A DNA stretch of 11,282 bases from Bdellovibrionota bacterium FG-1 (GCA_051382295.1 JBBCAW010000158.1:1-11282); one strand, 5' to 3'; positions 1 to 7,742 are shown, counted from the first letter of the stretch. Numbers and translations are program-made. Notes: generated from the letters alone by a model not told the origin.

Positions 1-147
1 ATGAGCAAATTCGCTGGCACTTCCTACAAGGCTGCGAACTGGCGGTGCCTCGGCAACACCCAGGGGCGTGGAAAATTAGATACCCGCCATCTCAAGGCTC
101 AGCCCATCAAAAGCGTCTGGGCTTACCTACGGGGGACTCGCAATTGA
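1..147 (+). pseudogene. C-terminal fragment of a DUF4338 (DruA-like / IS-associated) protein; probably starts upstream of the window, C-terminus appears truncated or degenerate
   Basis: Not in the ORF track. Frame 1 reads MSKFAGTSYKAANWRCLGNTQGRGKLDTRHLKAQPIKSVWAYLRGTRN* (TGA 145-147). It matches the DUF4338 C-terminal motif as I recall it (F.GT.Y.AANW...G.T.GRG..D.......P.K.(I/V)..YPL) but diverges after W-A-Y. Confidence 0.7.
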
Positions 148-199
148 GAGCATTCTTTCGGGATATTTTGCGCTGCTCTACTCCCTGCTTCTCTGGGTT

Positions 200-1276
200 T
201 TGGTCTTTGTTGCTCTACAACGCAGATTAGTGGCCGCCGAAAGCGCGGAACAAGTTCGCAGGAGTGAGGCATTAAATCGCTTGGCGGCACAAGTCGCCCA
301 CGATATCCGCTCTCCGCTTGCGGCGATGGCGGTGATCGAAAAAGATTTGAGCCCACTCCCCGAAAATACCCGTCTGATTGTCCGCAACGCTATAGGGCGC
401 ATCAGAGATATTGCGACGAATCTCACGGAGCAGTATTTACCACATAAGGCCCCAGTACAGGAACCCGGCCAAGTCTTACAGCTTCTATCAAGCCTGATTG
501 AGAGTCTGGTAACCGAAAAACGCACTCAATATCGAGATCGAATGGGAATTGAGATTTCATTCTCAATTGAAAAAGCGGGTTATGGACTTTTTGCCTACAT
601 TCAGCCGCGCGAATTCAAACGGGTGCTTTCGAATTTGATCAACAATGCGGTCGAGGCCATTGAAGGCAATGGACGCGTGGGAGTCACGCTTTCCACGCAA
701 GGTACGACCATTGCTATAGGGGTCTCAGATACTGGAAAGGGAATTCCGTTCGATCTTATTTCAAAACTAGACTCGCGTGGCGAAACCCACGGTAAGACAG
801 GGGGAACAGGCCTTGGCCTTTACCATGCGAAATCTACGATGGAAACATGGGGCGGGTCTCTCAGCATTGAATCTGCTGTTGCAAAAGGTACTCAAATTAA
901 ACTGACTCTTCCAGCAGCGAGTGCGCCAAACTGGTTCGTCGAAACATTGTTAGTTCCTGCTCAATCTTCAATCGTAGTGGTGGACGACGATGCCTCAATT
1001 CATTCGGTGTGGAATGGACGATTCGATTCTCTGCGCTTAAGTGAACAGGGAGTGACGGTGTTTCACTTTTCCGCTCCTAAGGAATTTCAGAATTGGATGA
1101 AGACCTCACCTGAAGCAGTACACGCATTGTTTTTGATGGATTATGAACTTCTTGGACATACAGAAACGGGCTTGGATCTGATCGAGTCGTTTGCGCTAGG
1201 GGCACAAGCAGTTCTCGTAACTTCCCGGTATGAAGAGAGGTCAATTTTAGAGCGATGTAGCCGACTTAACGTGTAG
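200..1276 (+). CDS. Sensor histidine kinase (HisKA + HATPase_c + most of a first receiver domain); N-terminal part of an interrupted hybrid kinase
   Basis: H-box AHDIRSPL, N-box LSNLINNAVEA, G1 DTGKGI, G2 GTGLGL, receiver motifs VVVDDD, FLMDYEL and LVTS. The frame is open from 80 and encodes a hydrophobic helix (152-217, ILSGYFALLYSLLLWVLVFVAL) with no ATG upstream, so TTG 200 is probably not the native start. Ends at an in-frame TAG (1274-1276). Confidence 0.85.
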   Translation: MVFVALQRRLVAAESAEQVRRSEALNRLAAQVAHDIRSPLAAMAVIEKDLSPLPENTRLIVRNAIGRIRDIATNLTEQYLPHKAPVQEPGQVLQLLSSLIESLVTEKRTQYRDRMGIEISFSIEKAGYGLFAYIQPREFKRVLSNLINNAVEAIEGNGRVGVTLSTQGTTIAIGVSDTGKGIPFDLISKLDSRGETHGKTGGTGLGLYHAKSTMETWGGSLSIESAVAKGTQIKLTLPAASAPNWFVETLLVPAQSSIVVVDDDASIHSVWNGRFDSLRLSEQGVTVFHFSAPKEFQNWMKTSPEAVHALFLMDYELLGHTETGLDLIESFALGAQAVLVTSRYEERSILERCSRLNV

Positions 1277-1663
1277 CTCATCCCTAAAGGGCTCGCAGGC
1301 TTCGTACCTATCAAAGCGTCACCCGCTTCGATCCCACGTCGCCTAATCGACGCCGCTCTTCTCGACGACGATAGTTTGGTTCACATGACGTGGAAGATGG
1401 CAGCCAAAGCCTGTAACAAAACCCTTGAGACTTATTTCACACCCAAGGATTTCTTCGCGACCGCGGATGCCCTCGACCGAAAAACCCCCGTCTATATCGA
1501 TGCCAATCTCGCAGAAGGTGTTCAGGGCACCGAGGTGGCCAAGCAGGTCGCCGAACTGGGATTTAGAAATATTTTTCTCGCTACCGGCCGAGAACCTGAT
1601 TTTTTTGGCCCCCAACCTCATCTCAAGGGAATCTTAGGCAAAGACCCGCCTTGGTCGCAATAA
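1277..1663 (+). pseudogene. In-frame continuation of the kinase after the TAG: end of receiver 1 plus a complete second receiver domain (the ORF track gives only 1376..1663)
   Basis: Same frame as 200..1276, with no stop until TAA 1661-1663. Reads LIPKGLAGFVPI...AALLDDDSLVHMTW...VYIDANL...FLATG...ILGKDPPWSQ*. The conserved Lys of REC1 (IPK) and the acidic pocket of REC2 (LLDDD) both lie upstream of the called TTG 1376. Confidence 0.8.
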
Positions 1664-1726
1664 GCTGCGTTTTCGCACCACACAAACCCTTGCGGAAACT
1701 TCCTTGACGGGTTAACCCTTAGCGCA

Positions 1727-4360
1727 ATGGAAGACACCCCCTTAATGAAGCAATATTGGGAACTTAAATCCCAAGCAGGCGATGCCTTGCTGTTTTTTCG
1801 CATGGGGGACTTCTACGAACTCTTTGGAGACGACGCGCTTGAAGCTTCAAAACTCTTAGAAATCACGCTCACCTCGCGCGACAAGAACAAAGCGAACCCC
1901 ATGCCCATGTGCGGGTTTCCCCATCACAGCTCGCAAAACTATGTCCAAAAAATATTGCGGCTCGGTAGAAAAGTCGCCATTGGTGAACAAACCGAAGAAG
2001 CAGGCCAAGGCAAAACCCTCGTTAAGCGTGAGATCGTCCGCATCTTTACTCCCGGAGTGCAATTTGATGCCGAAGGCTCGGAGACCAACTACCTGGCAGT
2101 GATCGCCCCTGTGGCTCAAGCGAAAACACCCCTCTATTCTTTGGCCTGTCTCGATGCCGCCACTGGAGAAGCGCTCGTGGGCGTCCCCACCCCCCTCGAA
2201 AACGTTCTCGAGGAACTTCCCAACCTTCCGATTGCGCATCTTTTACTCATGGGTGTAGAGACAGCGCGGATCACCAACCCAGGCTTCTTAGTTGAAGAGC
2301 TCCCTGCGAATTATCTCGTCGAAGAGCAAGCCCAAGCGCTACTGAAGCGTCACTATGAAGTCTCCGAGCTTTCCGCGTTTTTTCCTGAAACCGCCGAAGC
2401 CCTAGCACTTGGCGTGCTCCTCACCTATACGTTAAGAACCCAAAAGTTGGAGCGGCTCTCGCACCTGCGAATTCCGACTCCTCTGCACAAGCCGCGCTCC
2501 CTGAAACTCGGGCCCAAGAGCGCGCAGCACTTGGATCTTGTTCCTACGCAAACGCAATCTCCCCAGGCCAATCTTTTCACCCGCATCAATCAAACCCGCT
2601 GCGCCTTAGGCGCGCGCCAACTCAAACGCTGGCTGCTTTCGCCGCTGAATTCGGTTCCCGCGATCCAAGCCAGACAAGAAGCCATCAAGGCACTGGCCGA
2701 AGCGCCAGGATCGCTTGAATCTCTATCGAGCAAACTCGCACAGGTCTACGATCTTGAACGCATCTGTGCGCGCGTAAGTACGGGGCTCGCAAATCCGCGA
2801 GACACCCTGGCCTTGGGCACCTCTCTTCAAACACTCAGTGAGATGGCCGCCGGAATCGCCAAATTCAAGCCCGCGCTTCTCGCAGAGATGACTCAAGTAC
2901 TTCACCGCTCCCACGAAGCGCTTTCTCCTCTCTCAGAGCGCATTGTGAGTGCGCAGAAAGAAGAAGCCCCGATCTCGACCCGAGACGGTGGAATTTTTAA
3001 AATCGGTTTTCACACTGAGCTTGATCGGTTGATATCCTTATCCGAGAACGGTCAACAGTTCCTGGTCGAGCTTGAAGCCCGCGAGCGAAAAGCGACAGGC
3101 ATTTCCTCACTGAAAGTCCGCTACAATCGTGTTTTCGGCTACTACATCGAAGTTACCCAAACCCATCTCGCCAGTGTTCCCGCTCATTATATGCGCAAAC
3201 AAACGATGGTCGGTGCCGAGCGCTTCTTCACCGAAGAGCTCAAGACTTTCGAGAATGAAATCCTCAGTTCTTCTTCCCGCCAAAAAGCCCTCGAAACCGA
3301 ACTCTTCTCAGAGATCCTAAGTGAAATCCGCACCGCGACTGCCCCCATCATGGATGCCGCACGACTCTTGGGCGAACTCGATTCGCTTTGCGCACTATCC
3401 AAACTTGCGCATGATCCGGGCTGGTCATTTCCTCTAGTTAACGACTCGATGGATCTGCACATCGACGGCGGCCGCCACCCCCTGCTTGACGGGGGAATGG
3501 TCCCCAATGACATTCATCTCTCTCAAGATCCTGGCTTTAATCGCACCTCATTGGTCATCACCGGCCCCAATATGGGCGGCAAATCCACGATCATGCGCCA
3601 GACGGCACTCATCGTGATTTTGGGCCAGATGGGCGCACCCGTCCCCGCACGCGAAGTGCGCTTTGGCCTGGTCTCTTCAATTTATACCCGCATTGGCGCG
3701 CAAGACGCGATCGCCCGCGGCCAAAGCACGTTCATGGTTGAGATGACGGAGCTTGCGCACATTCTGCATTACGCCGATGAACGCTCTCTCATTATCTTGG
3801 ATGAAATCGGGCGCGGTACGAGCACCTACGATGGAATCAGTGTCGCCTGGGCCACTCTGGAATGGATCGCGACCCAGATCAAAGCGCGCACACTTTTCGC
3901 CACTCACTATCACGAACTCACGCGCCTCGTAGGCACCCTGCCCAGATTAGCCAACATGCACATGGCCGTGGAGAGTGGTGCCGGCGGAAAATTGCGCTTT
4001 TTATATAAGCTCAAAGAAGGCCCGACCAATGAAAGTTTCGGTATCCACGTCGCCAACCTCGCGGGCCTTCCCAAGCCTGTCATCAAGAAGGCGTGGAAAA
4101 TACTCGAGGAACTCGAGAAAAAAGCAGCCGCACGCTCGGAAGAAGAAGCTCCCTATGTCGGGCAAATGTCGCTCTTTTCTCTTGCGCCAACACCCCCGCC
4201 AGAGACCTCTGTCCCGCCAACTCCCGCCCCACTTCACCCTGTCCTTCAGGAGCTCGGCGAAACCGACATCAACACCCTTACGCCGATAGCGGCCCTTAAT
4301 TTTATAGCCAAGCTTCAGGAAATTTCTAGGAATGTCTCTTCGGATTCTTTTTCAGGATGA
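1727..4360 (+). CDS. mutS: DNA mismatch repair protein MutS (MutS1)
   Basis: 877 aa. N-terminal TPLMKQY...FFRMGDFYELF mismatch-binding motif, Walker A ITGPNMGGKST, STFMVEM, Walker B IILDEIGRGTST, FATHYHELT, SFGIHVANLAGLP, and C-terminal clamp-binding QMSLF. Confidence 0.98.
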   Translation: MEDTPLMKQYWELKSQAGDALLFFRMGDFYELFGDDALEASKLLEITLTSRDKNKANPMPMCGFPHHSSQNYVQKILRLGRKVAIGEQTEEAGQGKTLVKREIVRIFTPGVQFDAEGSETNYLAVIAPVAQAKTPLYSLACLDAATGEALVGVPTPLENVLEELPNLPIAHLLLMGVETARITNPGFLVEELPANYLVEEQAQALLKRHYEVSELSAFFPETAEALALGVLLTYTLRTQKLERLSHLRIPTPLHKPRSLKLGPKSAQHLDLVPTQTQSPQANLFTRINQTRCALGARQLKRWLLSPLNSVPAIQARQEAIKALAEAPGSLESLSSKLAQVYDLERICARVSTGLANPRDTLALGTSLQTLSEMAAGIAKFKPALLAEMTQVLHRSHEALSPLSERIVSAQKEEAPISTRDGGIFKIGFHTELDRLISLSENGQQFLVELEARERKATGISSLKVRYNRVFGYYIEVTQTHLASVPAHYMRKQTMVGAERFFTEELKTFENEILSSSSRQKALETELFSEILSEIRTATAPIMDAARLLGELDSLCALSKLAHDPGWSFPLVNDSMDLHIDGGRHPLLDGGMVPNDIHLSQDPGFNRTSLVITGPNMGGKSTIMRQTALIVILGQMGAPVPAREVRFGLVSSIYTRIGAQDAIARGQSTFMVEMTELAHILHYADERSLIILDEIGRGTSTYDGISVAWATLEWIATQIKARTLFATHYHELTRLVGTLPRLANMHMAVESGAGGKLRFLYKLKEGPTNESFGIHVANLAGLPKPVIKKAWKILEELEKKAAARSEEEAPYVGQMSLFSLAPTPPPETSVPPTPAPLHPVLQELGETDINTLTPIAALNFIAKLQEISRNVSSDSFSG

Positions 4361-5045
4361 TTCGTTAGTCGCCGTGGATAAGCCCTCGGGCTTTCACGTG
4401 CATCCGCCTGAAGATCAACAAAATAGAATTTCCAATCACGTCAACTGCCTGGCAATTTTGCGCGATCAGATCCAGACCTACCTTTATCCCGTTCATCGCA
4501 TCGACGTAGCGACTTCGGGAGTGTTAGTCTTTGCGCTCACACCGGAGGCCGCCAAAGCGATCTCGGCCCAGTTTCAAAACCGAGAGGCGAGGAAAACTTA
4601 TTACTGCGTGGTGCGCGGTTGGGTTGAGGATGAGGGTTGTTTTGATGCTCCACTGCGCTCGATGAAAGACGAGGCGAAGCATTTAGAAGCGAATACCCGC
4701 TATCGCTGTATAGCCCGGGTCGAATTGCCGACAGCCATTGGCAAGTATGAGACGGCTCGCTATTCGTTGATTGAAGCGAATCCCCTCACGGGACGCTATC
4801 ACCAGATCAGGCGCCATTTTGCAAGAGGGAGTCATCCCCTCCTGGGCGACGCCGTTCATGGAAACGGCGAGCATAATCGCTTTTTTAGGATTGAGTTGAA
4901 GATTCCCGCCCTGATGCTTAAGGCCCAACGGCTGGCCCTAAAACATCCGCTTACGGGGGAGCCGCTTTGCCTGGAGTCCCGCTGGACCGGGAAATGGCAT
5001 AAAGTGTTTGACCTTTTTGGAGTGTGCCCAACGCGGTACTGTTGA
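4332..5045 (+). CDS. truC: RluA-family pseudouridine synthase, TruC-like (tRNA pseudouridine-65)
   Basis: VAVDKPSG, catalytic HRIDVATSG, LRDQI, YYCVVRGW, VELPTAIGKYETARYSL, TGRYHQIRRH and HPLLGD are colinear with E. coli TruC as recalled. Overlaps the end of mutS by 29 nt. Confidence 0.88.
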   Translation: MSLRILFQDDSLVAVDKPSGFHVHPPEDQQNRISNHVNCLAILRDQIQTYLYPVHRIDVATSGVLVFALTPEAAKAISAQFQNREARKTYYCVVRGWVEDEGCFDAPLRSMKDEAKHLEANTRYRCIARVELPTAIGKYETARYSLIEANPLTGRYHQIRRHFARGSHPLLGDAVHGNGEHNRFFRIELKIPALMLKAQRLALKHPLTGEPLCLESRWTGKWHKVFDLFGVCPTRYC

Positions 5046-5077
5046 CTGCGCCATGTTGCCGGAGCCGGCTTCGAAAC

Positions 5078-5109
5078 TCATTAGTTAATTTTCGGGTTTG
5101 TTCGGAAAT
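5078..5109 (+). repeat. Left inverted repeat TCATTAGTTAATTTTCGGGTTTGTTCGGAAAT
   Basis: Reverse complement of 5609-5640 except at 5081/5637. 5082-5109 vs 5609-5636 is a perfect 28-bp match. Confidence 0.97.
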
Positions 5110-5575
5110 CCAATAAAGCATTGTCTATTCGCCTAAGAGTCAAGGGACGGGGATTGAACAGCCCTCGCTCCAAATCGCTAAGATGAGAAATCCCTACTCC
5201 CGACGCCCGCGCTAGATCGCGAAGTGTCAGGCCGAGATCCAGACGTCGCATCCGAAGTTCATACCCCCGATGAAGGGCATCCCCATCACTGGCGCTACTG
5301 AAGAGCGGAATTCCTTGATCTTCACTTTTCTGAAAATCAATGATGGGCGCCTCATGCACCAGTGATGCCCTAAAATGTCGCTCAACCCAGGGCCGAAACA
5401 GCCTAAGGAAACTCAAGGCAAAAGTTCGGCGGTGACGAGCCGATAGCCTCGATGTAATCGTGATTCGGACATTCACAAGCGAATTTGTCAGCTCAATGAA
5501 CGTACGCTTCATATCCCCCGAACGTGAAACTAGAATTTTTGGGCCCGGATAGCGATTTGGTTTTGTGTTTTGCAT
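5081..5575 (-). CDS. XRE/Cro-C1 family helix-turn-helix protein with an unrecognised N-terminal region
   Basis: C-terminal LRMRRLDLGLTLRDLARASGVGISHLSDLERGLFNPRPLTLRRIDNAL is a typical HTH_3 signature. The start is uncertain: ATG 5575, ATG 5512 (preceded by GGGGGAT), or TTG 5620 inside the repeat. Confidence 0.8.
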   Translation of the reverse strand: MQNTKPNRYPGPKILVSRSGDMKRTFIELTNSLVNVRITITSRLSARHRRTFALSFLRLFRPWVERHFRASLVHEAPIIDFQKSEDQGIPLFSSASDGDALHRGYELRMRRLDLGLTLRDLARASGVGISHLSDLERGLFNPRPLTLRRIDNALLDFRTNPKIN

Positions 5576-5608
5576 GGGCACTCGCCCAGCAAGAAGTAGA
5601 CCACCCCC

Positions 5609-5640
5609 ATTTCCGAACAAACCCGAAAATTAACTAGTGA
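5609..5640 (-). repeat. Right inverted repeat (plus strand ATTTCCGAACAAACCCGAAAATTAACTAGTGA)
   Basis: Partner of 5078-5109. Contains CCGAA twice, 10 bp apart (5613 and 5623). Confidence 0.97.
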
Positions 5641-5671
5641 AAACTGAGCCGCCCAAAAAATAGCACGCAAC

Positions 5672-6697
5672 CTAGCCCGCCAGAGCCTTGCGCACGCATT
5701 TCGCAAACGCAGCTCCCGTCGCAAGCTCGGGTCGAGCGGGAGCAACCCAAGCGAACCCCGCAGGCGTACGCGCACGCACCCCTACACGCCCAAGCTTCCA
5801 AACCCGAGTTACTCTCGTAATGCGATGATGAGTCACAATATGCTGAGTGCTAACCTCACCGACTAAACGCGGCTTAAGCTTTTTCACCCAAGAGTCAATC
5901 TTAAGGGGCAAATCCCATAGCCCCGCTCGCCACTGACCCTCCATCCGTTTCTGAACCAATACTTTTCCATCACACAAAAACAGGTGGACCGTTTCCGAAA
6001 CCTCAACCGGCTTCGCCCGTTTCAACGAAGGGGGAAAGCGCTCTAGCACATCCGCACCAAAGGCCAGGCACCCCCCTCGAAGCGGACACTCACCACAACG
6101 CGGCCCCCGCGGCAGACACACCAACGCCCCAAGTTCCATCAATGCCTGATTCAAATCTCTTGGTGAAACGCCGGCTGCGACGCCCGCCGCGACCCACTCC
6201 TGAGAGCGCGCCCAAAGCTTACGCTTAAAATCCCCAACCCCCTTCTTGCCCAGTCCCACACGATAAACGCGAGAAAGCACGCGCTCGACATTGGCATCCA
6301 AGATCGCCTCCGGAAGATTCAACGCAATCGAGCACACGGCGCCGGCGGTGTATGCCCCTACTCCCGGAAGCTCAAGCCACTGCGCACGCGTGAGAGGCAT
6401 CCCGGTCTCCACAATCTGGCGAGCAGCCTTGTGCAAGTTGCGCGCACGCGAATAATATCCGAGACCCGACCACAGTCGCAAAACCTCTTCCTCGGGAGCG
6501 CGCGCAAGCTTCAAAACCGTGGGAAAGCGTTTCATAAAACGCTCAAAATACGGAATTACCGTCACCACCTGCGTCTGCTGCAGCATGATCTCAGAGATCC
6601 AAACACGATAGGGAGTCGGATCAGTTCGCCAGGGCATGAGCCGCGCGTGTTGCGAAAACCATTGAGCCAGCCCACGCACGAGAGCGGGGCTAACCAT
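5672..6697 (-). CDS. mutY: A/G-specific adenine DNA glycosylase MutY
   Basis: WISEIMLQQTQV, WSGLGYYSRARNLH, HhH LPGVGAYTAGA, LDANVERV, [4Fe-4S] motif C-x6-C-x2-C-x5-C (CLPRGPRCGECPLRGGC) and a NUDIX-like C-domain. ATG 6697 is preferred over 6712 because a GGGGG RBS precedes it and it overlaps the dus stop. Confidence 0.96.
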   Translation of the reverse strand: MVSPALVRGLAQWFSQHARLMPWRTDPTPYRVWISEIMLQQTQVVTVIPYFERFMKRFPTVLKLARAPEEEVLRLWSGLGYYSRARNLHKAARQIVETGMPLTRAQWLELPGVGAYTAGAVCSIALNLPEAILDANVERVLSRVYRVGLGKKGVGDFKRKLWARSQEWVAAGVAAGVSPRDLNQALMELGALVCLPRGPRCGECPLRGGCLAFGADVLERFPPSLKRAKPVEVSETVHLFLCDGKVLVQKRMEGQWRAGLWDLPLKIDSWVKKLKPRLVGEVSTQHIVTHHRITRVTRVWKLGRVGVRARTPAGFAWVAPARPELATGAAFAKCVRKALAG

Positions 6698-7688
6698 CGC
6701 AAGCCCCCACATAGGCGCCCAAGACGGCTAATATTTCCACCGCCCCTTTGGCCCGCGCCACTGCCGTCATCAACTCGCGCGGAATAAACGACTCATCAAT
6801 CACCCGCACAAAGCGCACCCATTGTTTCACCCGACATGGGACGTAGCCTGAATTCTGCGCACGAGGCTCCATGAGTTCGATAAAGCGAGTGATGGCCCCC
6901 AACATCGCGGCCAGAGGTGTAACCAGATCAGACGACTGCGGAGCCCGACACCTGCGCGCCAGCAGGGGATCACGCATGATTCCTCGCCCGAGCATAAAAT
7001 GCGAGCAGCCACTTTTGAGACGAGATTCCTCAAAGTCTTCCACTCTAAAAATGTCCCCGTTGGCGACGACGGGAATTTTAGCGACTTCAGAAGCCTTGCG
7101 AACAACCTCCCAATTCACGCCCCGCTTGTACATCTGCGCCCGTGTGCGCGCGTGAATGACCAACCAACTGGCACCGCCATCCCCCACGGCTCGCGCCACG
7201 GCGAAAACTTCATCCGGAGACTCCCAGCCCAGGCGAATTTTGGCCGACACCGGAATCTGCGCCGGCACGACACGGCGAACCTGCTCCACGATGCGCCTTA
7301 TAAGGAGCGGATCTTTGAGTACCGCCGCCCCCCCGTTATGGCGATTGACAGTAGCAGAAGGGCAACCAAAATTCAGATCAATGGCCCGCGCGCCGACCAC
7401 GCAAGCCTCGAGCGCGGTTTGGGCGAGAAGTTCAGGACTACAGCCCAAAAGCTGCACCTGCACAGGCAGGACCGCTTCACCCAGCTTCAGACCTGCTAGC
7501 TCGGGCACGAATTCGAGGATCGTCTTGCCCCCAATCACGCCCGCACTCACCCGAATGAATTCGGAGACCGAGAAATCAAAGCCGCCCACTTCGGCAAACA
7601 CCGCTCGCATCGGAGCATCAAACACCCCCTCCATGGGCGCTAGAATAAACGTGGGTTTGTCTTTGTGCAGGGTAAACACAAAAGGCAC
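6690..7688 (-). CDS. dusC: tRNA-dihydrouridine synthase, DusC-like
   Basis: LAPMEGV, SEFIRV, VQLLG, IDLNFGCP (catalytic Cys), SAKIRLGW, IHART, VANGDI, MLGRG. The APMEGV and EF.RV pattern is DusC-type. GTG start is approximate. Confidence 0.88.
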   Translation of the reverse strand: MPFVFTLHKDKPTFILAPMEGVFDAPMRAVFAEVGGFDFSVSEFIRVSAGVIGGKTILEFVPELAGLKLGEAVLPVQVQLLGCSPELLAQTALEACVVGARAIDLNFGCPSATVNRHNGGAAVLKDPLLIRRIVEQVRRVVPAQIPVSAKIRLGWESPDEVFAVARAVGDGGASWLVIHARTRAQMYKRGVNWEVVRKASEVAKIPVVANGDIFRVEDFEESRLKSGCSHFMLGRGIMRDPLLARRCRAPQSSDLVTPLAAMLGAITRFIELMEPRAQNSGYVPCRVKQWVRFVRVIDESFIPRELMTAVARAKGAVEILAVLGAYVGACDG

Positions 7689-7742
7689 CCTGACTGATCA
7701 CAGCTTCGTGCGTCAACAAAAATCCAACCTGGGTTTTGGTGC

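Larger units (their letters stand above)
5078..5640. mobile_element. Putative non-autonomous element (MITE-like) or invertible cassette, 563 bp, carrying an XRE-HTH gene
   Basis: 32-bp terminal inverted repeats (5078-5109 and 5609-5640, one mismatch). AAAC directly outside both ends (5074-5077 and 5641-5644). No transposase inside. Confidence 0.65.

Noticed and set aside
77..79. Second in-frame TAG upstream in the kinase frame, suggesting amber recoding
   Set aside because: It lies within the DUF4338 coding segment, which uses another frame, so it is not part of the kinase. Four intact genes here use TAG as a normal stop.
4163..4240. QMSLF motif and Pro-rich tract in MutS
   Set aside because: Ordinary clamp-binding motif and C-terminal linker.
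5078..5109. Partial resemblance of the repeat to single-recombinase dif sites (difH/difSL) or integron attC cores
   Set aside because: Only short fragments resemble them from memory. There is no internal dyad around a 6-bp spacer and no GTTRRRY core.
5526..5543. Possible degenerate third copy of the repeat (ACTAGAATTTTTGGG)
   Set aside because: Short, AT-rich, and needs gaps and a mismatch; could be chance.
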